The notes under the pieces are model-generated. The model had not been told where the DNA came from. It searched no databases and saw only the letters and a list, made by a program, of their open reading frames with translations. From an uncultured Microbacterium sp. (GTDB lineage: Bacteria > Actinomycetota > Actinomycetes > Actinomycetales > Microbacteriaceae), in assembly GCA_964533745.1 (NCBI GenBank), contig CAZHML010000004.1:3514-67513 (forward strand): 64,000 bases of DNA. The letters are read 5' to 3'. Positions 35,617 through 45,798 of the stretch are shown here, one piece after another (positions within the stretch are counted from its first letter, which is position 1; each line of letters starts with the position of its first letter). The translations under genes were made by a program, and so were the position numbers.

Positions 35617-37211
35617 TCGATCTTGACTTCGATGCGATCGTTGTCGGCGGCGGTCACAACGGGTTGGTCGCTGGTGCCTATCTCGCCCGTAGCGGCCTGC
35701 GCACACTCATCGTCGAGCGGCGCGAGGTTGCGGGTGGGCTCACCGCCCCCGTGGAGTACTTCCCCGGCTACATCGCATCCATCACAAACAGCCCCGGTTC
35801 CCTGGAGCCGATCATTATCCACGAGTTGGAACTGGAACGCTTTGGCCTCGACTTCTTGAAGCCTGACCCCTCCCTCGTCTTCCCCTTCCCTGACGGAAGT
35901 AGGTTCGTCGGCTGGCGGGACAAGACCAAGACTTTCGACGAGCTTTCTCAGTTCTCACGACGGGACGCTGAACGCTACTACGAGTTCTTCGGCTATCTGG
36001 AAGAGTTCGCCACACTGCTGAACGTATCCATATTCGAAGCGCCACCTACCTTCGCCGACATGACACGCAGGATTGATAATCCACGAGCCGAGGAGATGTT
36101 CTCGAAGATCATGTTCGGGAGTGTGCAGAGTCTTCTCGACGAGTGGTTCGAGTCGGATCAGGTCAAAGCGCTGATTGCCAGCGTCGCCATTGTTGCAAAT
36201 CTCGCGGGTGCGCGCTCGCCCGGGACGGTTCAGCGACTGCTCGCCCGGCCTCTGTCCATCGCGTCATCGCCCCTTGGTGCGGCTGATGACCCGCGTCGGC
36301 AGGTTATGCGTGGTTCAACTGGTCTGCCCCGCGGCGGGATGGGAGCCATTGCGATGGCGATGGCAGACTCATTTCTCGCTTCCGGCGGGACGCTGATCGT
36401 GGGTGCAGGTGTGGAAGCGATCACCGTCGACGGAGATCGAGCCACAGGTGTTGCGCTCAGTGACGGACGCGAGTTCACGGCACCTGTCGTCCTCTCCAAT
36501 CTCAATCCCAAGACCACGCTGCTCGACTTGATCCCCGCGAGTTCCCTGCCTGCCGACTTCCGAGACCGCGTCGACAAGCTCTCGATGAAGGGCTCTGCGT
36601 TCAAGGTGGGGCTGGCGCTAGGAGAGATGCCCCGGTTTGCCTCGGCGCGGAGCGACTGGGAGGCGGAAAAGATGGCCGGTTGCCAGTTCCGCATCGCGCC
36701 ATCGCTCGACTATGTCGAGCGGGCCTATGACGATGCGAAGCGTGGACATCCCTCAGAAGGCCCGATGCTGTGGGGACTCACTCCCTCAGTGATGGACCCG
36801 AGTGTGACGCCTGAGGGGAAACACATCATGAGCGTTAACGTCTTCCACGCTCCATATGATCTCTCGGAATCGAACTGGGAGACCGAACGGGACCGCTACG
36901 GGCAGCACTGCATCGACGTCCTTGACCAGTACATCCCGAATCTCAAGAGCAGTCTCATAGACGCGCGCTTCTGGTCACCCCGAGACCTAGAGGATGAATA
37001 CGGTCTCGTTGGCGGCAATATCACCCACGGCGACACCATGCCGTCGAATATGTTCTCGTTCCGGCCGCTCGCCGGTGCCTCAGACTACCGTACTCCGGTC
37101 AGCGGACTGTATCTCTGTGGCTCCGGTACCTGGCCAGGCGGCTCGGTCTCCGGCGTATCAGGACGCAACGCCGCACAGACAGTGCTCCGCGACAAGAAGG
37201 TCGAGTCATGA
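35613..37211 (+). CDS. FAD-dependent oxidoreductase, phytoene dehydrogenase-like (PYROXD2 type)
   Basis: GGGHNGL, RGGMG, GGNITHG, LYLCGSGTWPGG. Confidence 0.88.
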   Translation: MIDLDFDAIVVGGGHNGLVAGAYLARSGLRTLIVERREVAGGLTAPVEYFPGYIASITNSPGSLEPIIIHELELERFGLDFLKPDPSLVFPFPDGSRFVGWRDKTKTFDELSQFSRRDAERYYEFFGYLEEFATLLNVSIFEAPPTFADMTRRIDNPRAEEMFSKIMFGSVQSLLDEWFESDQVKALIASVAIVANLAGARSPGTVQRLLARPLSIASSPLGAADDPRRQVMRGSTGLPRGGMGAIAMAMADSFLASGGTLIVGAGVEAITVDGDRATGVALSDGREFTAPVVLSNLNPKTTLLDLIPASSLPADFRDRVDKLSMKGSAFKVGLALGEMPRFASARSDWEAEKMAGCQFRIAPSLDYVERAYDDAKRGHPSEGPMLWGLTPSVMDPSVTPEGKHIMSVNVFHAPYDLSESNWETERDRYGQHCIDVLDQYIPNLKSSLIDARFWSPRDLEDEYGLVGGNITHGDTMPSNMFSFRPLAGASDYRTPVSGLYLCGSGTWPGGSVSGVSGRNAAQTVLRDKKVES

Positions 37212-38329
37212 AGATCGTCTCCATCGAAGCGATCCCCCTCGCGGCGAAGCTCTCCAAACCGTTCAAGTTCGCTCATATCGTCAGACTGAACTCATCCAAC
37301 GTCGTCGTCAAGATTGTCACGGACAGCGGTCATGTGGGTTGGGGAGAGGCTTGCCCGGTACCCCAGTTGACAGGGGAGACTCAACAGTCCGTCGTCGCGG
37401 TGATCGAAGACCGTCTGCGTCCGTTGCTCCTCGGGGCCGAGGCACTCTCATGGAGGGCATTGCTCGTAGGAATGGAGCCGCAGCTCGTCGGATACACCTT
37501 CACCCGTGCAGCCCTGGAAACCGCGCTGCTCGATCTGGTGGGCAGGGCTACTGGGGCTCCGATATGGCAGGTCCTCGGTGGGCGGTTCCGGGACAAGATC
37601 GAGTTGCATGGCAGCATTGGCTGGGACAGCGATCGTGCAAAGGTCGTCGCCGAAGCGCAGAAGCAGTCCGCTGAGTTCAGCACTCTAAAGCTCTATGTTG
37701 GCAAAGGCGATTTCGACGACGACCTCAATACCGTAGCTGCCGTGCGGGAAGCCGTTCCAGCGCACGTTGACTTCATCGTGGACGTCAACGGTCTGTGGTC
37801 GAGATCTGACGCAGTCAGAGCTGCTCCGCGGCTTGGCGAAGCCGGGGTTTCGCTTCTCGAGCAGCCGCTCGTCCCGACTGACCAGGACGGTGCGGTCGCA
37901 ATCACAAAACTCTACCGAGACAGCTACGGTATCGACCTTGCCATAGACGAGGGTCTTTGCACCGTGCGTCACGCAGTCAGCGCGGGCACCAAACACAGTG
38001 CGTCTGTCGCTACCGTCGCTGCACTCAAGCTTGGCGGTCCCGCCAAGGCGCTCGAGGTGGCCTCAGCCGCCGCAGAGTACGGACTGGGTGTGATGGTTGG
38101 CAGCGTGGTCGAGCTTGGTATCGCGACCGCCGCGGGTGCCCATCTGGCTGCCGCGATCGAGCGGCTTGAATATCCGGCCTATCTCATGGGCCCGGCGAAG
38201 TACGCCCGTCAGATTACGGGCGAGGGGATGCCAGTGGTTGATGGTCGACTCATCGTCCCATCGGGTGCTGGATTGGGGGTGGAGATCGACGAGGAGGCTA
38301 TCGCCTCGATGGATCTACGCCGCCGCTAG
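37208..38329 (+). CDS. Enolase-superfamily enzyme (muconate cycloisomerase subgroup)
   Basis: GWGE; metal ligands DVN, EQP and DEG; GLGVEIDE; K-x-Y in place of K-x-K. Confidence 0.88.
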   Translation: MKIVSIEAIPLAAKLSKPFKFAHIVRLNSSNVVVKIVTDSGHVGWGEACPVPQLTGETQQSVVAVIEDRLRPLLLGAEALSWRALLVGMEPQLVGYTFTRAALETALLDLVGRATGAPIWQVLGGRFRDKIELHGSIGWDSDRAKVVAEAQKQSAEFSTLKLYVGKGDFDDDLNTVAAVREAVPAHVDFIVDVNGLWSRSDAVRAAPRLGEAGVSLLEQPLVPTDQDGAVAITKLYRDSYGIDLAIDEGLCTVRHAVSAGTKHSASVATVAALKLGGPAKALEVASAAAEYGLGVMVGSVVELGIATAAGAHLAAAIERLEYPAYLMGPAKYARQITGEGMPVVDGRLIVPSGAGLGVEIDEEAIASMDLRRR

Positions 38330-38373
38330 CTGACCTATCTAGCGCGACAAGTGTGAAAAGCAAGGAGAGAACC

Positions 38374-38562
38374 ATGCCAGGTGTACAAATCGATATGTTT
38401 TCCGGACGGACGATGGAGCAGAAGCGATTGCTCGTCAAGCTCGTGACTGAGGCGGTTGTAGACGCGCTCGGTGTACAGCCCGAGGGTGTGCGCGTACGCA
38501 TCAACGAGACGGAGAAGAAGCACAGTGCCGTCGGCGGTGTGCTCCGGGTGGACATCGAGTAA
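38374..38562 (+). CDS. 4-oxalocrotonate tautomerase family protein
   Basis: AAGGAG RBS; Pro-1; GRTMEQKR; AVGG; 62 aa. Confidence 0.9.
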   Translation: MPGVQIDMFSGRTMEQKRLLVKLVTEAVVDALGVQPEGVRVRINETEKKHSAVGGVLRVDIE

Positions 38563-38741
38563 TCACGCGGCTGAGTCCGGAGATGACAAGAGCCGGCTGG
38601 TGCGGTCGATCGCTGAAGGAAGCAGACAACGATCGCTGAACCTCGGCGTCACTACGAGGCACCTGAGGTATTTCTGCCGAGCGCACTCTCTTGGCCCTTG
38701 GCCAGTACGAGCTTTAGCCAGTACGACATGGTGCGGACGAC

Positions 38742-39040
38742 TCAGGCGCCGCCCGGTCGGGTGAGAATCTCGCAGGCGCGGGTGAGCAGATCGTGGCGCT
38801 CCGGCCAGTACTCGGCCCACTCCGGCTGCGAGGCCAGAGATTCTCGTGCCGTTCGCACGTCGCCGGGAGAGATCCGTCCGCCCTGGAGCCGCGTCGTCAG
38901 AAGGCCCGCCACGTGGCCGTCCACCTCCATGAGCTCGACCCACGCGGCCTGCGCGGCATCGGCACGGGATACCACGGGTTCGGAGCAGTCAAAGCACGCA
39001 GGATCGCCTCGATCTCGCCGTCCCTCTGGTTCTCGGTCAC
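38742..39040 (-). pseudogene. Small frameshifted hypothetical gene at the right island edge
   Basis: AAAGG RBS and GTG give MTENQRDGEIEAILRALTAPNP, which continues in another frame as VVSRADAAQAAWVELMEVDG...RPGGA*. Confidence 0.45.
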
Positions 39041-39163
39041 CCTGGCACTGCCTTTCATGAGGTGCCTCTCACTATAAGGATCACCGCAGCACTCGGTTGG
39101 TGAAGGACCACACCGCGCGCGCCGTACCACCCAACTCGCAGGCACCCCACGTAGCCTGGAGGA

Positions 39164-39679
39164 GTGACCGAGCCGCTGCACGCCTCTGCCCAGCCGCTCG
39201 TCGGCGTCGTGATGGGATCCGACTCCGACTGGCGGGTCATGAGCGACGCCTCACAGGCGCTCACCGACCTCGGCATCGCCCATGAGGTCGAGGTGGTCTC
39301 GGCGCACCGCACCCCCGACAAGCTCATGCGCTACGGACGCGAGGCGCGCCGGCGGGGACTGCGCGTCATCATCGCCGGCGCTGGCGGTGCTGCGCACCTG
39401 CCCGGGATGCTCGCCTCGGTCACCGCACTCCCCGTCATCGGAGTGCCGGTGCCACTCGGGCAGCTGGACGGCATGGACTCGCTGCTGTCGATCGTGCAGA
39501 TGCCCGCGGGCATCCCGGTCGCCACCGTCTCGATCGGCGGCGCGCGCAACGCCGGCCTGCTCGCCGCCCGCATCCTCGGCACCGCCGACCCGGCCGTCGC
39601 CGACCGCGTCGAAGAGCACGCGCGCACCCTCGAGTCCCAGGTGGAGGAGAAGAACGCACGGCTGAAGGGATCCCTGTGA
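39164..39679 (+). CDS. purE: N5-CAIR mutase
   Basis: [28 protein letters not shown]. Confidence 0.97.
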   Translation: MTEPLHASAQPLVGVVMGSDSDWRVMSDASQALTDLGIAHEVEVVSAHRTPDKLMRYGREARRRGLRVIIAGAGGAAHLPGMLASVTALPVIGVPVPLGQLDGMDSLLSIVQMPAGIPVATVSIGGARNAGLLAARILGTADPAVADRVEEHARTLESQVEEKNARLKGSL

Positions 39680-41103
39680 CCCTGGCGCCCCCGCGCCCCC
39701 GAACCGGGCGGTTCGTCGAACCGCGGCCGCTGCGGCATCCGGATGCCGGATCCCCGGCCTTCATGGGACGCCGCGCGCGCTGGCTCGTCGCCTTGAACGT
39801 CCTGATCCCCGGCTCCGCCCAGATCCTCGCCGGCAATCGCCGGCTCGGCCGTCTCGGGATCGCCGCCACGCTCCTGGCCTGGACGCTCGTGATCGCCGCC
39901 GCGGCCTGCGCGCTGTTCTGGCGCAGCGCCTTGGTCGCGGCGCTGTCGAACTGGTTCGTGCTCACCGGGATCCAGGTGCTGCTGGTCGCCTACGCCGTGC
40001 TCTGGATCGTGCTCACGATCGACACGCTGCGCCTCGCGCGTCTGGGCAGGGCAGGCACCGGCCATCGCCTGTTGCTGCCGATCGCGGCGCTGGCCGTTCT
40101 CGCCCTGCTCAGCGGTGGTGCCGCGCAGGCTGCGACCGCCGTCGGCACCGGCAAAGGCGCCCTCGACCTCGTCTTCGGCAACAGCGGCCCGTCGCTGCCG
40201 CCCAGCGACGGCTACTACAACATCCTGCTGCTCGGCGCCGACAGCAGCGAGAGCCGCGACTCGATGCGCTTCGACAGCATCTCGGTGGTGTCGGTCAATG
40301 CCGAGACGGGGGCGATGACGATCACCGGGATCCCGCGCGACCTGCAGAGCTTCCCCTTCTCACCGGGACCGATGAAGACGCTGTACCCGGATCGGCACTC
40401 GGCGCACAACGACCGCACCTGCGGCTGGGGATCCGGGATCAATCAGCTTCGCACCGAGGTCGAGGTCTGCCGCGACGGCGGTGCGCTCTATCCCGGTGCC
40501 GAGGCGCGCGGGTCGAGCCCCGGCATCGAGGCGACGAAGGATGCTGCCGAGGGCATTCTCGGGATCGAGATCCCCTACTACGTGCTCATCGACATGAAAG
40601 GCTTCGCCGCGCTCGTCGATGCCCTCGGGGGTGTCGAGATCACCGTGACCGATCGGCTGCCGAAGGGCGGCGGGCCGAAGTACAAGGGTCAGCCGGCGAA
40701 GGACTGGGCGACCGGATGGATCGAGCCCGGCACCCAGCGGATGAACGGCACGACCGCGCTCTGGTACGCCCGCTCGCGCTACACGACCGACGACTGGGAC
40801 CGGATGAAGCGCCAGCGCGAGCTGCAGGCGGCGATCCTCGAGCAGTTCACCCCGCAGACCGTGCTGCTGCGGTTCAACGAAGTCGTCGACGCTGGCGCCG
40901 CGGTGGTGCGCACCGACCTGCCGCGCGAGAAGCTGCCGGAGTTCTTCGACCTGGCGATGCTCGCCCGGCAGAACCCGGTCACTCGGATCGAGCTGACGCC
41001 CGACGGCGGGGTCAAGCAGGAAAAGCCCGACATCGCCTATATCCACGAGCTGATCCGCGTGGCGCTGCATCCGCCGGTGCCCGAGAAGGAGAGCACGCGG
41101 TAG
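39676..41103 (+). CDS. LCP (LytR-CpsA-Psr) family protein
   Basis: TM helices; [29 protein letters not shown]. Confidence 0.92.
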   Translation: MTLAPPRPRTGRFVEPRPLRHPDAGSPAFMGRRARWLVALNVLIPGSAQILAGNRRLGRLGIAATLLAWTLVIAAAACALFWRSALVAALSNWFVLTGIQVLLVAYAVLWIVLTIDTLRLARLGRAGTGHRLLLPIAALAVLALLSGGAAQAATAVGTGKGALDLVFGNSGPSLPPSDGYYNILLLGADSSESRDSMRFDSISVVSVNAETGAMTITGIPRDLQSFPFSPGPMKTLYPDRHSAHNDRTCGWGSGINQLRTEVEVCRDGGALYPGAEARGSSPGIEATKDAAEGILGIEIPYYVLIDMKGFAALVDALGGVEITVTDRLPKGGGPKYKGQPAKDWATGWIEPGTQRMNGTTALWYARSRYTTDDWDRMKRQRELQAAILEQFTPQTVLLRFNEVVDAGAAVVRTDLPREKLPEFFDLAMLARQNPVTRIELTPDGGVKQEKPDIAYIHELIRVALHPPVPEKESTR

Positions 41104-41130
41104 AGGGTTCGCGCGGGGTAGCGTGAGCAT

Positions 41131-42297
41131 GTGACTTCTCTTCCGGCGCAGACGGCGGTCCTCGTCGTCGCCGCAGGCTCGGGCACGCGGCTGGATGCCG
41201 GGGTGCCCAAGGCCTTTGTCGCCCTCGACGGACGGACGATCCTGCACCACGCGCTGTGTGCGGTCTTCGCCGCGGGTCCTGCCCAGGTCGTCGTCGTCGC
41301 GCCGGCCGGGTGGGAGGGTGAGGCGGAGGCCGAGCTGCATGCCGCGGCCGGCGACAGTGCGGCGGCTGTGGCGGTCGTCGCGGGCGGGCAGACCCGCCAG
41401 CAATCGGTCGCGGCGGGGCTGGCCGTGCTCGGGACGGATGTCGAAGTCGTACTCGTGCACGATGCCGCGCGCCCCCTCACGTCGCCAGCGCAGTTCACCG
41501 CGGTCGCAGCGGCCGTCACCGCGACCGAAGGCGCGATCCCGGCGCTTCCCGTCGCCGACTCGCTGAAGCGCGTGGCGGGCTCGGAGGTCACGGGGCCTGT
41601 CGATCGCACCGACCTCGTCGCGGCGCAGACTCCGCAGGGCTTTGCGCGCGGGCTGCTCGAGGACGCCTATGCGAGGGCCGCGGCGAACGGCGAGGATCAC
41701 ACCGACGACGCGTCCCTTTTCGCCGCGGCGGGGCACCGCGTGCGCCACGTTCCCGGCACGGCCGCGGCCTTCAAGGTCACCACCCCGGCCGACCTCGCCC
41801 GGGCGCGGCAGGTGCGGCATCCGGGGCCTCGCATCGGCATCGGCACCGACGCGCACGCTTTCGGCGGCGAGGGGTCCCTCTGGCTCGCGGGGCTGGAATG
41901 GCCGGGGGAGCCCGCGCTGTCGGGCCACTCGGACGGGGATGCCGTCGCCCACGCGATCGTGGATGCGCTGCTGGCCGCCGCCGGGCTCGGCGACATCGGC
42001 GAGCACTTCGGCACCGTGCATCCCGAGTACGCGGGGGCCCACGCCGAGGTCTTCCTGGCGCGCGCGCGCGAACTCGTGGAGCAGGCGGGCTTCGCGATCG
42101 GCAATGTCTCGGCGCAGTTCCAGGGCGAGCGCCCGCGCTTCGCCGCCCGGCGCGAGGAGGCCCAGCGGGTGCTGTCGGCCGCGCTCGGCGGCGCGTCCGT
42201 CTCCGTCTCGGCGACGACCACCGACGGCCTCGGCTTCACCGGTCGCGGCGAGGGGATCGCGGCGACCGCGATCGCGTTGCTGATGCCGAGGAGCTGA
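41131..42297 (+). CDS. ispDF: Bifunctional IspD/IspF
   Basis: AAGSGTR, PKAF, VHDAARP, QTPQGF, then [25 protein letters not shown]. Confidence 0.94.
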   Translation: MTSLPAQTAVLVVAAGSGTRLDAGVPKAFVALDGRTILHHALCAVFAAGPAQVVVVAPAGWEGEAEAELHAAAGDSAAAVAVVAGGQTRQQSVAAGLAVLGTDVEVVLVHDAARPLTSPAQFTAVAAAVTATEGAIPALPVADSLKRVAGSEVTGPVDRTDLVAAQTPQGFARGLLEDAYARAAANGEDHTDDASLFAAAGHRVRHVPGTAAAFKVTTPADLARARQVRHPGPRIGIGTDAHAFGGEGSLWLAGLEWPGEPALSGHSDGDAVAHAIVDALLAAAGLGDIGEHFGTVHPEYAGAHAEVFLARARELVEQAGFAIGNVSAQFQGERPRFAARREEAQRVLSAALGGASVSVSATTTDGLGFTGRGEGIAATAIALLMPRS

Positions 42298-42306
42298 CCG
42301 GAGCCT

Positions 42307-43242
42307 TCAGGCCTCGACCGCGAAGGGCTCGGGATCCCGCCCGGCGCGTGACCCCCAGGCGAGCAGCACGAGCCCGGCAGCGAGCACGATCAGGCCCGCG
42401 ATGGCCAGGGCAGAGAGCATCTCGCCGAGCACGGTGACCCCGAGGATCGCCGCGGTCAGCGGCTCGCCGAGCGTCAGTGTCGCCGCGGTCGCGGCGGTCA
42501 GGCCGCTGAGCCCCCAGGTGAACAGGGCGTAGGCGGTCGCAAAAGTGGCCAGGGCGAGCCAGAGCGCGACAGCCACGCCCGAGGGCGAGCCCAGCCAGCC
42601 GAGACTCACGAAGGGCAACGAGATCACCGCGGGCACGGCCGCGATCGCGCCCATGGCTCCTACGACCGTGAAAGGATCCCAGCCGTCGTCCAGAAGCCGC
42701 CGCTGGGCGTTCGCGAGGACCGCGAACGTTCCGCCCGCACCGAGGGACCCGAGAAGGCCCAGAGGGTCGGCGCCCGTCTGCGCGCCGCCGCCGAGCGCCA
42801 GGAGCGCCACGCCGAGGGTTGCGAGCGCGGTCGCCCCGACCCAGACGCCGCTCGGGCGACGCCGCGTGATCATCCACTCCCCGAGGCCTGCCATGATGGG
42901 CGCGGAGCCCAGGGCGACCACGGTGCCGATCGCAACGCCGTTGCGCTCCGTGCCGAAGAAGAACAGCGGCTGATACAGCCAGATGCTCGCCCCGGTCGCG
43001 GCCATGAGCAGCGCCGAGCGGGCATCGAGCCGGCGGCGCGGAGCCGTGGCATCCCGACGCTTGCGCTTGCGTCCCGAGATCAGAAAGGCCGCGATCCCGA
43101 GCGCCGTGCCGCCGATGGCCAGGCGCACGGCACCGATCGACATCGGCGTGGCGGTGTCGGGGCCGAGGGCCTGACTGGTGCCGGTGGTCCCGAAGATCAC
43201 GGCGGCGATGAGCACGAGGATCACAGAACGCACATCCACCAT
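42307..43242 (-). CDS. EamA/DMT family transporter
   Basis: ~10 TM helices, FGTTGT, LGEPLTA. Confidence 0.9.
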   Translation of the reverse strand: MVDVRSVILVLIAAVIFGTTGTSQALGPDTATPMSIGAVRLAIGGTALGIAAFLISGRKRKRRDATAPRRRLDARSALLMAATGASIWLYQPLFFFGTERNGVAIGTVVALGSAPIMAGLGEWMITRRRPSGVWVGATALATLGVALLALGGGAQTGADPLGLLGSLGAGGTFAVLANAQRRLLDDGWDPFTVVGAMGAIAAVPAVISLPFVSLGWLGSPSGVAVALWLALATFATAYALFTWGLSGLTAATAATLTLGEPLTAAILGVTVLGEMLSALAIAGLIVLAAGLVLLAWGSRAGRDPEPFAVEA

Positions 43243-43310
43243 TGTGGACCGTCTCGCAGGTGTTGCCAGACGCGCCGGGCTAAGGGATGGTGCCCGAGTA
43301 GGCTGGTGCG

Positions 43311-44726
43311 GTGACCATCCGGCTCTACGACACCCGCGCGCAGGCGCTGCGCGACTTCGTCCCGCTCGATTCCGGGAACGTCACGATGTACGTGTGCGGA
43401 CCGACCGTGCAGTCAGGGCCGCACATCGGGCATGTGCGCGCCGCGCTCGGCTTCGACTTGCTGCGTCGCTGGCTCGAGCACCGCTTCGGCCGTGTCACCT
43501 TCGTGCGCAACGTCACCGACATCGACGACAAGGTGCTCGCGAACGCCACCCCCGAGGAGCCCTGGTGGGCGCTCGCCTACCGCGTCGAGCGCGAGTTCAC
43601 GGCGGCATATTCCGCGGTCGGCATCCTCGCACCCACCTACGAGCCGCGAGCCACGGGGTTCATCCCGCAGATGCAGGAGCTCATCTCGCGGCTGATCGAG
43701 GCCGGGCACGCCTATGCCGCCTCTGACGGCTCGGGCGATGTGTACTTCGACGTGCGCTCCTGGCCGGACTACGGCGCGCTCACGCGGCAGTCGGTGGATG
43801 CCATGGAGCCGGCCGCCGACGCCGACGTGCGCGCCAAGCGCAACCCGCAGGACTTCGCGCTCTGGAAGGGCACCAAGCCCGGGGAGCCGGCGGATGCCTC
43901 GTGGGAGTCGCCCTGGGGACCGGGACGGCCCGGCTGGCACATCGAGTGCTCGGCGATGGCCCGGCGCTACCTCGGCGCGGAGTTCGACATCCACGGTGGG
44001 GGCCTGGACCTGCGCTTCCCGCACCACGAGAACGAGCTGGCCCAGTCCACGGCAGCCGGCGACGGCTTCGCCCGGTACTGGGTGCACAACGGCCTCGTCA
44101 ACGTCGACGGGCAGAAGATGTCCAAGTCGCTCGGCAACTTCCGGCTCGCCGAGGACGTGCTCGCCGAGCATGATCCGCTCGTCGTGCGCTACGCGCTGGC
44201 AGCGGCGCACTACCGGTCGAACCTGGACCTGTCGGACTCCTCCTACGCCGAGGCGAAGGCGGCGACCGATCGCATCCGTATCTTCCAGGAGCGGGCGATC
44301 CGGGCCGCGGGCTTCGGGTTCGGATGGTTCGCCGGTGCCGATCTCCCGGAGGACTTCGCGTCCGCCCTCGACGACGACCTGGGCGTGCCGCAGGCGCTCG
44401 CCGTCGTGCACGAGACGGTGCGCGCCGGCAATGCGGCATTGGATGCCGAGGAGACGGATGCCGCGACGACGGCGCTGCGGCAGGTCACCGCGATGACCGG
44501 GCTGCTGGGGCTGGACCCGCTCGATCCGCAGTGGCAGAGCGGCGGGCGCGGCCCCGAGACCGGGGCCCTCGACGCGCTCATGCAGGCGATGATCGCGCAA
44601 CGCGCCGACGCGCGCGAGGCGAAGGACTGGGCGACAGCCGACCGCATCCGCGACGCGATCGCGGCGGCGGGGATCGTGCTGGAGGATTCCGCATACGGAA
44701 CGCATTGGAGTGTGAGCGATGGCTAA
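43311..44726 (+). CDS. cysS: Cysteine--tRNA ligase
   Basis: CGPTV, HIGH, GWHIEC, KMSKS. Confidence 0.97.
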   Translation: MTIRLYDTRAQALRDFVPLDSGNVTMYVCGPTVQSGPHIGHVRAALGFDLLRRWLEHRFGRVTFVRNVTDIDDKVLANATPEEPWWALAYRVEREFTAAYSAVGILAPTYEPRATGFIPQMQELISRLIEAGHAYAASDGSGDVYFDVRSWPDYGALTRQSVDAMEPAADADVRAKRNPQDFALWKGTKPGEPADASWESPWGPGRPGWHIECSAMARRYLGAEFDIHGGGLDLRFPHHENELAQSTAAGDGFARYWVHNGLVNVDGQKMSKSLGNFRLAEDVLAEHDPLVVRYALAAAHYRSNLDLSDSSYAEAKAATDRIRIFQERAIRAAGFGFGWFAGADLPEDFASALDDDLGVPQALAVVHETVRAGNAALDAEETDAATTALRQVTAMTGLLGLDPLDPQWQSGGRGPETGALDALMQAMIAQRADAREAKDWATADRIRDAIAAAGIVLEDSAYGTHWSVSDG

Positions 44727-45714
44727 GCCAGGGCGCCCCGGCGCGAGCAAGGGCGGCAAAGGCCCGACGAAGGGCACGGGCGGTCACGGCCGCAAGTCGC
44801 TGGAGGGCAGAGGCCCCACGCCGAAGGCCGAGGATCGCGCGTGGCATCCGGCCGGCAAGCGCAAGGCCGCAGCGGAACGCTACGCGGCCGCGGGCGGCAA
44901 GGGGAAGCCCGGCCCTTCGACAGGCTCAGGGACCGGGCGCAAGGGCGCACCCAAGGCGAAGGCGGGCGACGACACCGAGAACGTCACCGGCCGCAACAGC
45001 GTGCTCGAGGCGCTGCGGGCGAGGATCCCGGCGACCGCGTTCTACATCGCCCAGCGCGTGGAGATGGATGACCGCATCAAAGAGATGCTCGCCATCGCGC
45101 GCAATCACGAGATCCCGGTGATGGAGGTCACACGCCCAGAGCTCGACCGGATGGCCGGCTTCGACGGCGTGCACCAGGGCGTGGCGCTCAAGGTGCCGCC
45201 CTACGAGTATGCGCACCCGCAGGATCTGCTGGAGCAGACGATCGCCGCGGGCCGGGTGCCGCTGTTCGTGGCGCTGGACGGGGTCACCGACCCGCGCAAC
45301 CTCGGCGCGATCATCCGCTCGGCCGCCGCCTTCGGCGCGCACGGCGTGATCCTGCCGCAGCGCCGCTCCGCGGGGGTGAATTCCGCGGCGTGGAAGACGA
45401 GCGCGGGGGCGGCCGCCCGCATCCCGGTCGCCCTCGCGGCGAACCTTACGACGCTGCTGAAGGAGTTCAAGAAGCAGGGCGTCTTCGTCCTGGGGCTGGA
45501 CGGCGACGGTGATGTGGCTCTGCCCGCGCTGGAACTCGCCGACCGCCCGCTCGTGATCGTGGTGGGCTCCGAGGGCAAGGGCCTCTCGCGCCTGGTCACC
45601 GAGACCTGCGACCAGGTCGTGTCGATCCCGATCTCGTCGGCGGCCGAGTCGCTGAACGCCGGCATCGCGGCATCCGTCGCCCTGTACCAGGTGGCGACGC
45701 TGCGCGGGAGATAG
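44719..45714 (+). CDS. rlmB: 23S rRNA Gm2251 2'-O-methyltransferase
   Basis: GRNSVLEAL, HQGV, DPRNLGAIIR, GSEGKG, ESLNA. Confidence 0.94.
   Translation: MAKPGRPGASKGGKGPTKGTGGHGRKSLEGRGPTPKAEDRAWHPAGKRKAAAERYAAAGGKGKPGPSTGSGTGRKGAPKAKAGDDTENVTGRNSVLEALRARIPATAFYIAQRVEMDDRIKEMLAIARNHEIPVMEVTRPELDRMAGFDGVHQGVALKVPPYEYAHPQDLLEQTIAAGRVPLFVALDGVTDPRNLGAIIRSAAAFGAHGVILPQRRSAGVNSAAWKTSAGAAARIPVALAANLTTLLKEFKKQGVFVLGLDGDGDVALPALELADRPLVIVVGSEGKGLSRLVTETCDQVVSIPISSAAESLNAGIAASVALYQVATLRGR
44913..44936. repeat. REP-like 24-mer (CCCTTCGACAGGCTCAGGGACCGG) in frame inside rlmB
   Basis: Encodes PSTGSGTG in a linker; matches 364-387. Confidence 0.7.
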
Positions 45715-45798
45715 CCCACCGGGCTATCGTCGGCTGCGGTCTCTGGCCGGAATGTCACCGTCATACGGGGTCGACGGTCTTGTCTCCGCGCCCAGAAC

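Larger units (their letters stand above)
13170..39100. mobile_element. Accessory genomic island between purK/HNH and purE (boundaries approximate)
   Basis: Splits the normally adjacent purK and purE; visibly more A/T-rich codon usage; gene remnants at both edges; no integrase seen. Confidence 0.7.

Noticed and set aside
35613-37211. Carotenoid biosynthesis (crtI)
   Set aside because: There are no crtE or crtB neighbours; the motifs fit the broader phytoene-dehydrogenase-like family in a catabolic operon.
37208-38562. Classical catechol ortho- or meta-cleavage pathway
   Set aside because: No catechol dioxygenase, muconolactone isomerase or hydratase/aldolase genes, and the enolase lacks the MLE K-x-K motif.
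13170-39160. att-like direct repeats bounding the island
   Set aside because: None found by eye; a self dot-plot would be needed to exclude short ones.
41131-42297. IspD-IspF fusion as a novelty
   Set aside because: Bifunctional IspDF proteins are well known in several bacterial lineages.
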